Shown here one piece after another: positions 1 through 12,335 of a DNA stretch of 64,000 nucleotides. Made by a program: the position numbers and the translations under genes. Position 1 is the stretch's first letter. The number at the start of each line of letters is the position of its first letter. Source of the stretch: a bacterium (GTDB lineage: Bacteria; Verrucomicrobiota; Verrucomicrobiia; Chthoniobacterales; Terrimicrobiaceae); assembly GCA_037147075.1 (NCBI GenBank), contig JBAWVX010000001.1, positions 8,917-72,916 on the forward strand, given 5' to 3'. The notes beneath the pieces were generated by a model. That model worked only from the letters and a program-made list of their open reading frames with translations, made no database searches and was not told the DNA's origin.

Positions 1-809
<809 letters not shown>

Positions 810-845
810 CATCAACATCCAACCCGAGACAATCTGACGAAATAA

Positions 846-3800
846 ATGAAAGATCTAAATTTTAACGAATCCGTTGGTGAAGTCAAACCTATTGGTTTTG
901 ATGAGGTGGCAATTACAGTAGCATCCCCTGACTCCATGCGCGGTTGGAGCAAGGGTGAGGTCAAAAATCCCGAGACCATCAACTATCGCACATTCAAACC
1001 GGAAAAAGGCGGACTGTTCTGCGAGCGAATTTTTGGCCCAACCCGTGACTGGGAGTGCTCTTGCGGAAAATACAAACGCATTAAGCACAAGGGGGTTATC
1101 TGTGACCGCTGTGGCGTTGAGGTGACCCTTTCTCGCGTTCGGCGTGAACGAATGGGTCACATCGATCTCGCTGTGCCCGTTTCGCACATCTGGTTCTACA
1201 AGTGCATGCCTTCGAGGTTGGGTTTGATGCTTGATATGACTTCCCGTGCTTTGGAGCGCGTTATTTATTACGAGGACTTCATTGTGATCGACCCAGGCAG
1301 CACTCCTCTTGAGAAGTGTCAACTCCTGACGGAAGCAGAATACCGCGATGCAGAAGAGCAATATGGCGAGGAATTTACTGCTGGCATGGGTGCGGAAGCC
1401 ATTCAAAAAATTCTTGCATCCATGGACCTGGCTGCCCTTCAGCAGGAAATTGAGGAAACCATGGGCTCGACCCGCAGCAAGCAACTCCGTAAGAAACTGG
1501 CCAAACGTCTGAAGCTTGTTCAGGGTTTTGCTGAGTCGAACACGCGACCTGAATGGATGATTTTGAATGTTCTTCCCGTGATTCCACCCGATCTACGTCC
1601 GCTGGTCCCGCTGGAGGGCGGTCGTTTTGCAACTTCCGATCTGAATGACCTTTACCGGCGTGTCATCAACCGCAACAATCGTCTCAGGACCTTGTTGCAG
1701 CTCAAAACTCCTGAAGTCATCATCCGAAACGAGAAGCGTATGCTTCAAGAGTCGGTGGACGCTCTTTTTGACAATGGTCGCCATGGTCGCGCCGTCACTG
1801 GAGCGGCTAACCGTCCTCTCAAGTCTCTCAGCGACATGCTTAAAGGTAAGGGCGGGCGCTTCCGTCAAAACCTGCTTGGCAAGCGCGTCGATTATTCTGG
1901 TCGCTCAGTCATCGTTATCGGACCCGAACTCAAGCTCAATCAGTGTGGCTTGCCAAAGAAGATGGCCCTCGTCCTTTTCGAGCCATTCATCATTCGTCGC
2001 CTCAAGGAACTCGGATATGTTCACACTGTCCGTAGTGCCAAAAAACTGATTGAACGGCAAACCCCTGAGGTCTGGGATATCCTCGAGGAAGTGACGAAAG
2101 GCCATCCGGTTATGCTTAACCGCGCTCCGACCTTGCACCGTCTCTCGATTCAAGCGTTTGAGCCGATTTTGATTGAAGGCGAGGCGATTCGTGTCCACCC
2201 TCTCGTTTGCACGGCTTACAACGCAGACTTCGACGGTGACCAAATGGCCGTTCACGTTCCGCTTTCCGTTGAGGCGCAAATGGAAGCCCGGATGCTTATG
2301 TTGGCTCCGAATAACATTTTCTCGCCTTCCAGCGGCAAACCTATTACGACGCCTTCACAAGACATTCCTCTCGGTTGCTACTACCTCACTCAGAAACCAC
2401 GCGGTGAGGATGCAGATAAAACCAAGCGCATGCCTTTGTTTGAAACGGCTGACGAAGTGGAGCTTGCCCTCTCTGAGCGAGCCATTCGGACTCAAACTCG
2501 TATTCTCTTTAAAAATCCTGATTTTGGCATCGAAACAGTCTACGGTGATCCTTCCAAATCGGTGATCGAGACCACTGCCGGTCGCGTCATTTTCAATCGA
2601 ATCTGGCCTAAGGCCCTCGGGTTTTACAACAAAGTCTGCGGCAAGAAGCAGCTCTCCGATATCATCTGGCGTTGCTACAAAACCAGTGGTCAACAGGTTA
2701 CTGTGGAGACACTTGATCGTCTCAAAGAGCTTGGCTTTCGCGAGGCCACACGTGCAGGCGTTTCGATTGGCATCAATGACATGATGGTGCCAAAAGAGAA
2801 AGTGCAGCTCCTTGAAAAAGCCTACCGCGAAATCGCTGAGGTCGAAAAACAATACCGTCGAGGCATTATCACCGACGGTGAACGTAAAAACAAGGTGCAG
2901 GACATTTGGACTCACACCGGTGAGGAGATTGCAAATGCTCTTTTCCGCACTTTGGAATATAACGACAATCGTCGCGATATGAACCCCGTGTTCATGATGG
3001 TTGATTCCGGTGCCCGTGGTAACCGCACGCAGGTCAAGCAGCTTGCCGGTATGCGCGGTCAGATGGCCAAGCCCTCCGGTGAGATCATCGAGCAGCCGAT
3101 CACAGCCAATTTCCGCGAAGGACTGACCGTTCTCGAGTATTTCATCTCGGCCCACGGTGCACGCAAAGGTCTAGCTGACACAGCCCTCAAGACAGCAGAT
3201 TCGGGATACCTGACCCGCAAACTCGTGGATGCCGCGCAGGACGTTATTATCACGATTGATGATTGTCACACAGCCAATGGCATTGTGGTTCGCCCGATCT
3301 ACGAGGGCGACGAAGAAGTTGTCAGTCTCTCCACCCGTATTATCGGCCGCACAAGTTGCGAAACTGTGAAAGATCCCATCACAGGCAAAGCTGTTGTTAA
3401 AAAGGACCAGCTCGTCGATGAGGAAACCGCTGCGGCTCTGGAAAAAATCGGTCACGAGCAGCTTAAAATCCGCTCGGCTCTCACCTGCGAATCCCAGCGC
3501 GGCATTTGCATCAAGTGTTATGGCCGCAGCCTTGCGACCGGTGGAATGATCAAGATTGGCGAAGCCGTTGGTATCATTGCCGCCCAGTCGATTGGCGAAC
3601 CCGGCACCCAGCTCACGATGCGAACCTTCCATGTCGGTGGTGCTGCGAGCCAGACATTCAAGCAGCCTATCATCAAGGCCAAGAACGACGGCACGATACG
3701 CTTCAACGAACTCAAAGTCGTGGAAACCGTGGACAACACCTTCGTCGTGCTCAACAAAAACGGGACTGTCACGCTGCATGCGAAGGATGGCCGCGAACTG

Positions 3801-4955
3801 GAAAGCTACAACATCGTAGTGGGTTCCGTCATTTCCGTGGCCGATGGCAGCAGCGTCAAAAAAGGCGTAACGCTCGTGCAGTGGGATCCCTACAATGTTC
3901 CGATCATCACCGAGAAGGCCGGTCGCATCGAATTCCGCGACATGATTCCCGGTGTCACAATCCGCCAAGAGGTGGACGAGTCAACGGGCGTGCGTGGTAA
4001 TGTTGTGATCGAACACAAGGAGGATCTCCACCCGCAAATCATTATCGTGGATGAGGCAAAAAGTCTTCTTGCCAGCTACTCGATTCCTGCTGGAGCCCAC
4101 ATCGAGGTGAAGGAAGGAGCCAAGGTTCCTGCTGGACAGCGTGTGGCCAGAACACCTCGCAAAATCGGCAAGACAAAAGACATCACCGGTGGCCTTCCAC
4201 GCGTCGCGGAGCTGTTCGAAGCCCGTCGTCCGAAGGACGCCTGCGACATCGCCAAAATTGACGGTGTTGTTGAAATCGGGGGCACAGTCCGTGCCAAGCG
4301 TCGCTTGATTGTTAAAGATACCGAGACTGGCGCCGAAGAGGAGCATCTCATCCCTCTCAACAAGCATATCATCGTCTTCAAGGGCGATCTCGTTAAAAAA
4401 GGTCAGCAACTCACCGAGGGCCCAGTCGTTCCTCATGAAATTCTTGACATCTGCGGACCTCAAGAACTCCAAGAGCACCTCCTCAACGAGGTGCAGGAGG
4501 TCTACCGCTTGCAGGGCGTCGAAATCAACGACAAGCACATCGAGATCATCGTTCGTCAAATGCTGCGGAAGGTGAAAATCACCGAGCAGGGCGATACCAG
4601 CCTCCTCTGGGGCGATCAAGTAGACCGCCTCGCTTTCGAAAAGGAAAATGAAGAGGTCATCGCTAAAGGCGGCAAACCAGCCGAAGCAAGTCCCGTTCTT
4701 TTGGGAATAACAAAGACCGCACTCGAGACCGACAGCTTTATTTCTGCAGCATCATTCCAAGACACCACGCGCGTCTTGACTGAAGCCGCAACTCTTGGCA
4801 GAGTCGACCGTCTTCGTGGTTTCAAAGAGAACGTTATCATGGGCCACCTGATACCCGCAGGCACCGGCTTTGAAACAAACCGCAAAATTGAAATCACACA
4901 AGTCGGCGACACTTTCGGAGCCGATAAAAAAGAATCACAAAAAGCCGCAAGCTAA
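846..4955 (+). CDS. rpoC: DNA-directed RNA polymerase subunit beta-prime
   Basis: 1369-aa ORF with Zn-finger [23 protein letters not shown] and catalytic [12 protein letters not shown] motif. Sits directly after rpoB. Confidence 0.98.
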   Translation: MKDLNFNESVGEVKPIGFDEVAITVASPDSMRGWSKGEVKNPETINYRTFKPEKGGLFCERIFGPTRDWECSCGKYKRIKHKGVICDRCGVEVTLSRVRRERMGHIDLAVPVSHIWFYKCMPSRLGLMLDMTSRALERVIYYEDFIVIDPGSTPLEKCQLLTEAEYRDAEEQYGEEFTAGMGAEAIQKILASMDLAALQQEIEETMGSTRSKQLRKKLAKRLKLVQGFAESNTRPEWMILNVLPVIPPDLRPLVPLEGGRFATSDLNDLYRRVINRNNRLRTLLQLKTPEVIIRNEKRMLQESVDALFDNGRHGRAVTGAANRPLKSLSDMLKGKGGRFRQNLLGKRVDYSGRSVIVIGPELKLNQCGLPKKMALVLFEPFIIRRLKELGYVHTVRSAKKLIERQTPEVWDILEEVTKGHPVMLNRAPTLHRLSIQAFEPILIEGEAIRVHPLVCTAYNADFDGDQMAVHVPLSVEAQMEARMLMLAPNNIFSPSSGKPITTPSQDIPLGCYYLTQKPRGEDADKTKRMPLFETADEVELALSERAIRTQTRILFKNPDFGIETVYGDPSKSVIETTAGRVIFNRIWPKALGFYNKVCGKKQLSDIIWRCYKTSGQQVTVETLDRLKELGFREATRAGVSIGINDMMVPKEKVQLLEKAYREIAEVEKQYRRGIITDGERKNKVQDIWTHTGEEIANALFRTLEYNDNRRDMNPVFMMVDSGARGNRTQVKQLAGMRGQMAKPSGEIIEQPITANFREGLTVLEYFISAHGARKGLADTALKTADSGYLTRKLVDAAQDVIITIDDCHTANGIVVRPIYEGDEEVVSLSTRIIGRTSCETVKDPITGKAVVKKDQLVDEETAAALEKIGHEQLKIRSALTCESQRGICIKCYGRSLATGGMIKIGEAVGIIAAQSIGEPGTQLTMRTFHVGGAASQTFKQPIIKAKNDGTIRFNELKVVETVDNTFVVLNKNGTVTLHAKDGRELESYNIVVGSVISVADGSSVKKGVTLVQWDPYNVPIITEKAGRIEFRDMIPGVTIRQEVDESTGVRGNVVIEHKEDLHPQIIIVDEAKSLLASYSIPAGAHIEVKEGAKVPAGQRVARTPRKIGKTKDITGGLPRVAELFEARRPKDACDIAKIDGVVEIGGTVRAKRRLIVKDTETGAEEEHLIPLNKHIIVFKGDLVKKGQQLTEGPVVPHEILDICGPQELQEHLLNEVQEVYRLQGVEINDKHIEIIVRQMLRKVKITEQGDTSLLWGDQVDRLAFEKENEEVIAKGGKPAEASPVLLGITKTALETDSFISAASFQDTTRVLTEAATLGRVDRLRGFKENVIMGHLIPAGTGFETNRKIEITQVGDTFGADKKESQKAAS

Positions 4956-4970
4956 TCCACCACCCATATC

Positions 4971-5720
4971 ATGTCAGAAGCCATAGCAAACCAACCTAGC
5001 GTCGAACTCATGACGGAACTTCTCGAGGCCGGCGTTCATTACGGGCACCAGACCAAGCGATGGAATCCCAAAATGCGCGATTACATCCTCGAAGAAAAAA
5101 ATTCGATCTACATCATCGACCTCGGGCTCACTGTCGAGCAAATCGAGAGCGCGACAAATTATCTCCGCGACCTCGTCCGAAATGGTGGGAAAGTTCTTTT
5201 TGTTGGAACCAAAAAACAAGCCCAAGGCGCCATTTCGGAGGCGGCCGAGGCCACAGGACAATTCTACGTCAACCAGCGTTGGCTGGGGGGGACCCTCACA
5301 AACCTCACCACCATCCGTCGCAGTGTAGCCCGTCTTAAAGAAATTCAAGCGCTTGAGAAATCTCCGGCCTTTTCCAAGATCAACAAAGCCGAGGCCTCTT
5401 CCATCCGTCGAGAAGGTGCCAAGCTCCTCCACAACCTTGGTGGCATTGCCGAGATGTCCAAACTCCCAGACGTCATGATCGTCATTGACACCGTGCGTGA
5501 GGAAATTGCCGTGGCCGAAGCCAATCGCCTCGGTATCCCGGTCATCGCCATCGTCGACACGAACAGCAACCCGGAGAAAATCGCCTATCCGATCGCCGGA
5601 AACGACGATGCCATCCGCTCGATTCGCGTGGTTCTGTCCAAACTCGTCGAAGCCATCCTTGAAGGCAAAGGCTCTGGAGCCAAAGCCCGCAAACCCGAAC
5701 TCGCCGCCGTCTCCGAGTAA
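4971..5720 (+). CDS. rpsB: 30S ribosomal protein S2
   Basis: 249 aa with [13 protein letters not shown] and IVDTNSNP blocks typical of uS2. Followed by tsf. Confidence 0.96.
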   Translation: MSEAIANQPSVELMTELLEAGVHYGHQTKRWNPKMRDYILEEKNSIYIIDLGLTVEQIESATNYLRDLVRNGGKVLFVGTKKQAQGAISEAAEATGQFYVNQRWLGGTLTNLTTIRRSVARLKEIQALEKSPAFSKINKAEASSIRREGAKLLHNLGGIAEMSKLPDVMIVIDTVREEIAVAEANRLGIPVIAIVDTNSNPEKIAYPIAGNDDAIRSIRVVLSKLVEAILEGKGSGAKARKPELAAVSE

Positions 5721-5755
5721 ACAGCAATAGATCCGACCGATCTTAAAAAATTACC

Positions 5756-6355
5756 ATGTCCGAAATTTCAGCAAACTTAGTGAAAGAACTCCGCGAAAAA
5801 ACCAACGCGGGGATGATGGATTGCAAAAAAGCCCTCACCGAAGCCGGTGGCGATATCGCCGCAGCCGAGGAACTCCTGCGCAAAAAAGGTATCGCCAGCG
5901 CCGGCAAGAAGGCCTCCCGCACTGCGAAGGAAGGCACCATCGCCTCCTACATCCACCTCGCCGGCAAAGTGGGCGTTCTTGTCGAAATCAACTGCGAAAC
6001 CGACTTTGTCGCTAAAAACGAAATCTTCCGCGAGTTCGTCAAGGATGTGACTCTTCACATCGCCGCTTCGCACCCGCTCTATGTGAGCCGCGAGCAGGTT
6101 CCGGCCGATCTCATCGCCCGCGAACGCGACATCGCCGCCGCACAGGTTCAAGGCAAGCCGGCCAACATCGTGGAAAAAATCGTCGACGGCAAAATCGACA
6201 AATTCTACGGCACCATCTGCCTCCTCGAGCAACCCTTCATCAAAAATCCCGAGACGACAATCAAGGACCTCGTCTCGAGCAAAATCGCGGAACTCGGCGA
6301 AAATATCATCATTCGCCGCTTCACCCGCTACACCGTCGGCGAGGATATCGCCTGA
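5756..6355 (+). CDS. tsf: translation elongation factor Ts (short form)
   Basis: 199 aa with N-terminal [35 protein letters not shown] (UBA-like EF-Ts signature). Classical rpsB-tsf pairing. Confidence 0.95.
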   Translation: MSEISANLVKELREKTNAGMMDCKKALTEAGGDIAAAEELLRKKGIASAGKKASRTAKEGTIASYIHLAGKVGVLVEINCETDFVAKNEIFREFVKDVTLHIAASHPLYVSREQVPADLIARERDIAAAQVQGKPANIVEKIVDGKIDKFYGTICLLEQPFIKNPETTIKDLVSSKIAELGENIIIRRFTRYTVGEDIA

Positions 6356-6373
6356 TATTCCAGCTTGAAATTC

Positions 6374-6407
6374 GAGCCACGGTCTTCGGGCCGTGGCTCT
6401 TTTTTTT
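6374..6407 (+). terminator. Rho-independent terminator after tsf
   Basis: Perfect 9-bp stem GAGCCACGG (6374-6382) / CCGTGGCTC (6391-6399), 8-nt loop, then a run of 8 T (6400-6407). Begins 19 nt after the tsf stop. Confidence 0.75.
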
Positions 6408-6472
6408 GCCCGCAAATCCAGCTTCGAGCCGGATTGCGCCGCAGGGCCGAGACGGGTTACTCTCTGAACCGA

Positions 6473-7285
6473 ATGGATATTCGATTCACCAAAATGAACG
6501 GCGCGGGAAACGACTTCGTTGTCCTCGACAATCGCACACGGAGCCTTTCGCTGGACGGCGCAGCCATAGCGCGTCTGTGCGACCGCCACAGAGGAATCGG
6601 CGCGGATGGATTGCTGGCTGTGGAGCCGGCCGATGGCCAAGCGGATTTCCGCATGCGCTACTACAACAGCGACGGGGGAGAGGCCGAGATGTGTGGCAAC
6701 GGGGCGCGTTGCTTCGCAAGATTCGCCGCACGCCTCATGCCTGAAAAAACGGCCTCAGTCAGCTTCGAAACCCAGGCCGGCCTCATCACCGCCGCTCTCG
6801 AAGGGGATTTGGTGACGCTCGATATGGGGCGCCCGCAGGATCATCGCGAGGTGCAGTCACTCGAACTCGAGGGCTTCGCTCATCAGGTGCATTTCATCAA
6901 TACCGGCGTGCCCCATGCGGTCATCTTTGTTCCTGATGTCGAAAAAATCGATGTCCAATCGCTTGGTTCCGCTCTCCGTTGGCATGAGGCTTTCCGTCCC
7001 AAGGGCACGAACGCCAATTTCGCAGAGGTCGTCGGGGAGGACCTGCTCGTTCTGCGAACCTATGAACGCGGTGTCGAGGGCGAGACCCTGGCCTGCGGGA
7101 CCGGCGTCTGTGCCACCGCACTCCTTCACGCCGCGCAAACTGGGGCGGCATCCCCGATCCATGTCAAAGTTCGCGGTGGCGACACCCTGCGCGTCGATTT
7201 CGAAAAAAATACCGACGGCACATTCGCCGGAGCACGCCTCACCGGACCGGCGGATTTTGTTTTCGAGGGTGCCATTTCCCTGTAA
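6473..7285 (+). CDS. dapF: diaminopimelate epimerase
   Basis: Start placed at ATG 6473 (MDIRFTKMNGAGNDFVV); the upstream part of ORF 6365-7285 covers the tsf terminator. Two catalytic Cys blocks, MCGNGARC and LACGTGVCA. Confidence 0.92.
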   Translation: MDIRFTKMNGAGNDFVVLDNRTRSLSLDGAAIARLCDRHRGIGADGLLAVEPADGQADFRMRYYNSDGGEAEMCGNGARCFARFAARLMPEKTASVSFETQAGLITAALEGDLVTLDMGRPQDHREVQSLELEGFAHQVHFINTGVPHAVIFVPDVEKIDVQSLGSALRWHEAFRPKGTNANFAEVVGEDLLVLRTYERGVEGETLACGTGVCATALLHAAQTGAASPIHVKVRGGDTLRVDFEKNTDGTFAGARLTGPADFVFEGAISL

Positions 7286-7296
7286 CCATTCGAGCC

Positions 7297-8172
7297 ATGA
7301 CATTCGCAGGAGCACACACGGCCCTCGTCACGCCATTCCGTGACGGCCAATTCGACACCCAAGCCTTTCGCCAACTCATCGAGGAGCAAATTGCCGGCGG
7401 CATATCCGGCATTATTCCGGTTGGAACCACTGGAGAATCGCCCACGCTGGACCATGATGAGCATCTCAAGGTCATTGAGGTTGCCATTCAGGCTGCCAAC
7501 AAACGGTGTCTCGTCATTGCAGGCACAGGCTCGAATTCCACAGCCGAGGCCATCTCGCTCACGCAGGCGGCCGAGAAGGCTGGAGCGGATGCCGCCCTGC
7601 TCGTGGCTCCCTACTACAACAAGCCCAGCCAGGAAGGGCTCTACCGGCACTTCAAAGCCATTGCCGAAGCGGTCAAAATCCCGCTCGTCCTCTACAGCAT
7701 TCCCGGGCGTTGCGGCATCGAGATCGGCGTGGAGACCACGGCACGACTCGCCCGCGATTTCAAAAATATCGTCGCCATCAAGGAGGCCGGCGGGTCCGTC
7801 GAGCGGGTCAACCAGCTCGTTAATGCGCTCCCCGCCGGTTTTGAGATCCTCTCAGGGGATGATTCCCTCACTCTTCCCTTCCTGTCCGTGGGCGCTGTGG
7901 GCGTCATTAGCGTGGCTTCAAACATCATTCCCGCCGAAGTCTCGAGCATGGTCCGCCACTACCTCGCCGGCGAATCGTCGAAGGCCCTCTCCATACACAA
8001 AAAATACTATCCGCTCTTCAAGGATCTCTTCATCGAACCCAATCCCGTGCCCGCCAAGTTCGCTCTCGCCCGCCTCGGCAAAATGACAAGCGATGTGCGC
8101 CTGCCGCTTTGCGAGATGACGCCGGCCAATACCCAACGCCTCACGGAAACCCTCTCCCGCCTCGGTCTATGA
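7297..8172 (+). CDS. dapA: 4-hydroxy-tetrahydrodipicolinate synthase
   Basis: 291 aa with TALVTPF, GTTGESPTL, and active-site Lys context IVAIKEAGG. Confidence 0.94.
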   Translation: MTFAGAHTALVTPFRDGQFDTQAFRQLIEEQIAGGISGIIPVGTTGESPTLDHDEHLKVIEVAIQAANKRCLVIAGTGSNSTAEAISLTQAAEKAGADAALLVAPYYNKPSQEGLYRHFKAIAEAVKIPLVLYSIPGRCGIEIGVETTARLARDFKNIVAIKEAGGSVERVNQLVNALPAGFEILSGDDSLTLPFLSVGAVGVISVASNIIPAEVSSMVRHYLAGESSKALSIHKKYYPLFKDLFIEPNPVPAKFALARLGKMTSDVRLPLCEMTPANTQRLTETLSRLGL

Positions 8173-8909
8173 ATCCCACCCGTGTCATCATCAATGGATC
8201 CCGTGGACGCATGGGCCAGGCCCTTGTCGCCTGTGCCAACTCCGATGCCGCCTTCACCCTCGCCGCCGCCACTGATATCGGTGACGACCTCTCGGCTGCA
8301 CTCCCGTCGTGCGATGCGGTGATTGATTTTACTCACGCCACATCCACCATCTCCATTGCCGAAGCCTGCGCGGCGGCTGGAAAAATCCTTGTGATCGGCA
8401 CCACCGGCCACCATGTCGACGACCGCAACCGGATCAAGGAGCTGTCCCAAACCATTCCGATTGTCTTCGCGCCGAACTTCAGTGTGGGCGTGAACACCCT
8501 CTTTTGGCTGACCCGCAAGGCGGCGGAAATTCTCGGCCCCGACTTCGATCTCGAGGTTGTGGAAATGCACCACCGCCTCAAAAAGGACTCCCCGAGCGGA
8601 ACGGCGCGCCGACTGGCGGAAATTCTCGCCGATGTCCGTCAGCTCGAATACAGCAAGGATGTCATGCACGGCCGCGAAGGCATGGTGGGCGAGCGGACGA
8701 ATGGGGAAATCGGCATGCACGCGATTCGAGGCGGGGATGTCGTGGGCGACCATACGGTCATCTTTGCGAATATCGGCGAACGCGTCGAACTGACCCACAA
8801 GGCATCCAGCCGCGATACCTTCGCCAAGGGCGCTCTGCGCGCCGCCCGCTGGGCTCAAGGCCAAAAGCCGGGGCTCTACGACATGCAGGATGTCCTGGGC
8901 TTGAAATGA
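8169..8909 (+). CDS. dapB: 4-hydroxy-tetrahydrodipicolinate reductase
   Basis: ATG 8169 overlaps the dapA stop (ATGA). MNPTRVIINGSRGRMGQ dinucleotide fold and EMHHRLKKDSPSGTA signature. Confidence 0.92.
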   Translation: MNPTRVIINGSRGRMGQALVACANSDAAFTLAAATDIGDDLSAALPSCDAVIDFTHATSTISIAEACAAAGKILVIGTTGHHVDDRNRIKELSQTIPIVFAPNFSVGVNTLFWLTRKAAEILGPDFDLEVVEMHHRLKKDSPSGTARRLAEILADVRQLEYSKDVMHGREGMVGERTNGEIGMHAIRGGDVVGDHTVIFANIGERVELTHKASSRDTFAKGALRAARWAQGQKPGLYDMQDVLGLK

Positions 8910-9403
8910 GGGTTGGCATCGCGCTCGGTTCGAATCTGCACGGGCGTCTCCAGCTTCTCCAATCGGCCCGCTCTCATCTGCGGGCGCTCCACGAGGATCG
9001 CGGGCCGTTTTTGTGCTCCCGCATTTATGAAACCGAACCGGTAGATTGCCCTCCCGGCTCCCCGTTGTTTCTGAATGCGGTCATCGAAATCGCCTGCACC
9101 ATTCCACCGCTTGATCTCCTTGCCGCCCTGCAAAGCATCGAGCAAAAGCTCGGACGGCCACACCAGCACGCCTTCCACGCCCCGCGAACGATCGACCTGG
9201 ATATTCTCTACTACGACAACCTTCACTTCACGCTGCCGGAGCTGACCCTTCCCCATCCGCGCATTCAGGACCGCCCCTTCGTGCTTTGCCCGCTGGCCGA
9301 TATCTGCCCCGACCGCATTCTGCCGGGCTGGGAGACGAGCATCGCCGCCCGTCTGGCTTCCTTTCCCGCAGCGGAACTCCCGCACGCGATGGCTGTCTTT
9401 TGA
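8906..9403 (+). CDS. folK: 2-amino-4-hydroxy-6-hydroxymethyldihydropteridine diphosphokinase (HPPK)
   Basis: ATG 8906 overlaps the dapB stop (ATGA). About 165 aa with IALGSNLHGR, RTIDLDILYY and LTLPHPR blocks. The longer ORF 8504-9403 is an out-of-frame read-through of dapB. Confidence 0.85.
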   Translation: MRVGIALGSNLHGRLQLLQSARSHLRALHEDRGPFLCSRIYETEPVDCPPGSPLFLNAVIEIACTIPPLDLLAALQSIEQKLGRPHQHAFHAPRTIDLDILYYDNLHFTLPELTLPHPRIQDRPFVLCPLADICPDRILPGWETSIAARLASFPAAELPHAMAVF

Positions 9404-9412
9404 AATTCGCCC

Positions 9413-10219
9413 GTGTCCATTCCATGCTCCGAGGCTAAACTCCAGAAACCCGTGAAACCCTCACCTGCATCATTCCGCGCCGCGAAAGCCGCCGGTCGCC
9501 GTCTCGCTACTCTCACCGCTTATGATTACCCCACAGCGCGTCTTTTGGACCACTGCGGCCTCGATCTCCTGCTGGTCGGCGATTCCTTGGGAATGGTCGT
9601 TCTTGGACATCCCGACACGACGCGCGTGACTATGGCCGACATGCTCCACCACACACGGGCAGTGGCGCGCGGGGCTTCAAAAACACTCGTCGCCAGCGAC
9701 CTCCCGGCGGGCAGTTGCGCGACGCCAGCCTTGGCTGTCCAAAATTCCCGCCAGCTTCGCGAAGCCGGCGCGGATCTGGTCAAGATCGAGGGCGGCAGCG
9801 AGTGCCTGCCTGCCATCGAGGCCATCCTTGCCGATGGCATCCCGCTCATTGGCCATCTCGGGATGCTGCCCCAGCGCGTCATCGAGGAGGGGGGCTATCA
9901 CATCAAGGGAAAATCCACCCTCGAGGCGGATCGTCTTCTCTCCGATGCCACCGCCATCGACAACGCGGGAGCCAGCGCGATCGTGTTGGAACTGGTTCAC
10001 GCCCCACTCGCCGCTGCGATTTCCAAAAAAATATCCTGCCCGACCATCGGCATCGGGAGTGGCAAGGAATGCGATGGCGGCATCCTTGTGCTGCACGATC
10101 TCATCGGGCTCTTCCCGTGGTTCCGTCCGAAGTTTGCCACCCCTCGCGCCGATGTCGCCACATCGATTCAGCGCGCTGCCCGCGAATACGCCGAGGAGAT
10201 CAAAAATCCAACGCTCTGA
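9413..10219 (+). CDS. panB: 3-methyl-2-oxobutanoate hydroxymethyltransferase
   Basis: 268 aa with LTAYDYPTA, LLVGDSLGMVVLGH, VKIEGG and GHLGMLPQ blocks. Confidence 0.94.
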   Translation: MSIPCSEAKLQKPVKPSPASFRAAKAAGRRLATLTAYDYPTARLLDHCGLDLLLVGDSLGMVVLGHPDTTRVTMADMLHHTRAVARGASKTLVASDLPAGSCATPALAVQNSRQLREAGADLVKIEGGSECLPAIEAILADGIPLIGHLGMLPQRVIEEGGYHIKGKSTLEADRLLSDATAIDNAGASAIVLELVHAPLAAAISKKISCPTIGIGSGKECDGGILVLHDLIGLFPWFRPKFATPRADVATSIQRAAREYAEEIKNPTL

Positions 10220-10461
10220 ACGGCCGCCGCAAGCCGACCGGTTCAGGATTTAGACCAGCAAGGGGCGTCCGGCTCCACGATGGCTGTTGCGGCTTGAAAG
10301 ATGGCCTTTTTTTCAATGCTGCTTGGAATCCGTGTAGCTGAGATGGAGCCTGCCTGCGAGCGATTCCACAGGAAGTAGTCCCGAGCGTTTCAACTCATGT
10401 AAAACCTCGTCCTGGTGACACGTGGCCGAGCCGGAGATCGAGTTGGCCATGATTTGCTGGA

Positions 10462-12333
10462 TTATTCCTTGGGAAGGAGGTCGCGTTCCTCTGGGCGGAG
10501 TTTGCTTTTGTTGATTGTTCTTACGAGCTCATCGGCTTTTGCCTTGTTTCCGAGGCTGTAAAGAACGGCAGCCCGGACAACCTTCCAAGCTGCGGGAGCG
10601 GAAATCCAGGAAATGCTTTTTTCACTGTAGAGGTCATCGGCACCAGCAGGGTCTCCTGCTTTCAGCATTCCCAAAGCCGCGATGCTCAATGTGGCCAGCG
10701 AGGTGGGCGAGTTTTTGTAAATTTCCATCGCGACGGCCGCATTCGTTGCAGGCTTGTCGTTGGTCAACAGTCGCAAATATGTCAAATCCGTTTTTGCTTC
10801 GGTGAGCATCGGGAAGGATTCCGTGAATTTTTCGTAAAGCGGAACAAGCTCGGCAGCGGGAGTGTTGGCGGGCCAACAGCGAATCAGTCCCAGATAACCC
10901 TCGAGAGCCGTTTCCTTGCGCTGCGAAAGCACCGTATAGGCTTTGATGGCCTGTTCGCGTTCACCGATGCGAAGCGCGTAGGCGGCTATGAAGGCAATCA
11001 CCTCAGGCTTTTCATAGGCGAGGCCGAGCTGCATCTCACGCCAGCTGTCCTCCGCCCGCGTCTGGTCTCCTGATTTTTCGGCGGCTCTTGCCAGAAAAAG
11101 AAGCCGGATGCTGTCGGAGAGCCCGATGATTGTTTCTGCATCGAGCATGGCAAAGATGTCATTCCAGCGTTGCTGGCCGGCCAGGGCGTCCAGGTAGAGC
11201 AAAAGCCAGTCGGATTGTGAGATTGCACGCTCGCGTCCGATGAATTCGACGGCTTCCTCGTAGTAAAGCCGCCGGTTCAACCAGCGCGCATAGGCCAACG
11301 CCTCTTCTGGATGGGCGTTTGATCTCTCCTTTGACATCTGGGCCAACAAGGCTGGCTTGTCGGATGGATTTTCAAGAATTCTCAAATCCAATGCTAGAAG
11401 GAGGTCGTCCGGGGTGTGCAGAGGATGAGTCACTAATTTCTCCGCCACCTTGTCGCTTTTCAGTGTGGCATCGTCCCGCTGGGCGAGGGCCTGTGCGCCC
11501 ATGAGGCGCAGAGCCGAGATTCCCGTGGCGGAACTTTTGTCCTGGAGTTGCAGGAGAATCTGGCGGCTGGCGTGAACGTCCACTTTGAGCGTCATCCCGG
11601 CTGTTGCGAGCAAGAGTTTCTCGCCGTCCTCGGGCGAAAAGGTGGGGAGCAGATTCCTGACCAGATCCAGAGCGCCCTTGAGGTTTCCCTCTTTTTCCAT
11701 AAGGCGAATCTGAATGATGGTCTTGCGAACGGAATTATCGTTTTGGAGTTGATCCAAGGCTGCTTTTGTTACAACGGCGTCGTTGGCTTTGAGAGCCTGT
11801 TCGGCCAGTGTGATCAACTCTTCTGGAGTAGCGTGCTTTTCAAACATCAGGCCTTGAAGCGCACTCAGAGCCGCAGCATCGCCCATCACCGCATTGAAGA
11901 CCCGCACCTTGCGAAAAACTTGTTCATCATTTGGTGCCATGAGGATCGCCCTCCTCATGAGTGATAAAGATCTCGATGTGTCTCCTTGGTTTGCAGCGAA
12001 CTCGGACTGCGCCAAAAGTTTCATCGCCCTCCAGACTTTAACCCGGTGATAGGCCGATGGAGCGGCGAGCCAGATCAACAAGCCCACGGCGAGTGTTCCG
12101 AGCAAAATATGGAACCGGATATCCAAAAGAAGACGCTTGATCGTGGTCCCTCCGTGTGAAGTTTTGGGAGGTTCCATCTCATAGTCCGGCAGCTCGTATG
12201 AGGCGAGGTCCGTCGAGTCAGGAACATTTTTAACCGACGCAGAAACTCCTCTTCTCAGCTCCTTGCCGTATCCAGGCACCGCCTCCTGTTGACGAGCGAT
12301 CGTTTTCGTTTTTCTTTCTGGTGGGCGATTCAT
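10462..12333 (-). CDS. membrane-anchored TPR-like repeat protein, last gene of the exosortase operon
   Basis: 623 aa with one N-terminal TM (LGTLAVGLLIWLAAP) followed by an all-helical repeat region. Its ATG lies 2 nt after the exosortase stop. Confidence 0.7.
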   Translation of the reverse strand: MNRPPERKTKTIARQQEAVPGYGKELRRGVSASVKNVPDSTDLASYELPDYEMEPPKTSHGGTTIKRLLLDIRFHILLGTLAVGLLIWLAAPSAYHRVKVWRAMKLLAQSEFAANQGDTSRSLSLMRRAILMAPNDEQVFRKVRVFNAVMGDAAALSALQGLMFEKHATPEELITLAEQALKANDAVVTKAALDQLQNDNSVRKTIIQIRLMEKEGNLKGALDLVRNLLPTFSPEDGEKLLLATAGMTLKVDVHASRQILLQLQDKSSATGISALRLMGAQALAQRDDATLKSDKVAEKLVTHPLHTPDDLLLALDLRILENPSDKPALLAQMSKERSNAHPEEALAYARWLNRRLYYEEAVEFIGRERAISQSDWLLLYLDALAGQQRWNDIFAMLDAETIIGLSDSIRLLFLARAAEKSGDQTRAEDSWREMQLGLAYEKPEVIAFIAAYALRIGEREQAIKAYTVLSQRKETALEGYLGLIRCWPANTPAAELVPLYEKFTESFPMLTEAKTDLTYLRLLTNDKPATNAAVAMEIYKNSPTSLATLSIAALGMLKAGDPAGADDLYSEKSISWISAPAAWKVVRAAVLYSLGNKAKADELVRTINKSKLRPEERDLLPKE

Positions 12334-12335
12334 TG

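Noticed and set aside
5777-8864. Antisense ORFs 5777-6640 (287 aa) and 8007-8864 (285 aa), and the frame-shifted ORF 7340-8086 (248 aa)
   Set aside because: They overlap tsf, dapF, dapA and dapB, all of which carry diagnostic motifs in another frame or strand.
10313-10450. 45-codon minus-strand ORF (MANSISGSATCHQDEVLHELKRSGLLPVESLAGRLHLSYTDSKQH) 11 nt after the TPR gene stop
   Set aside because: It is too short and has no recognisable family or motif. It could be a real small gene at the operon end, but I cannot support it.
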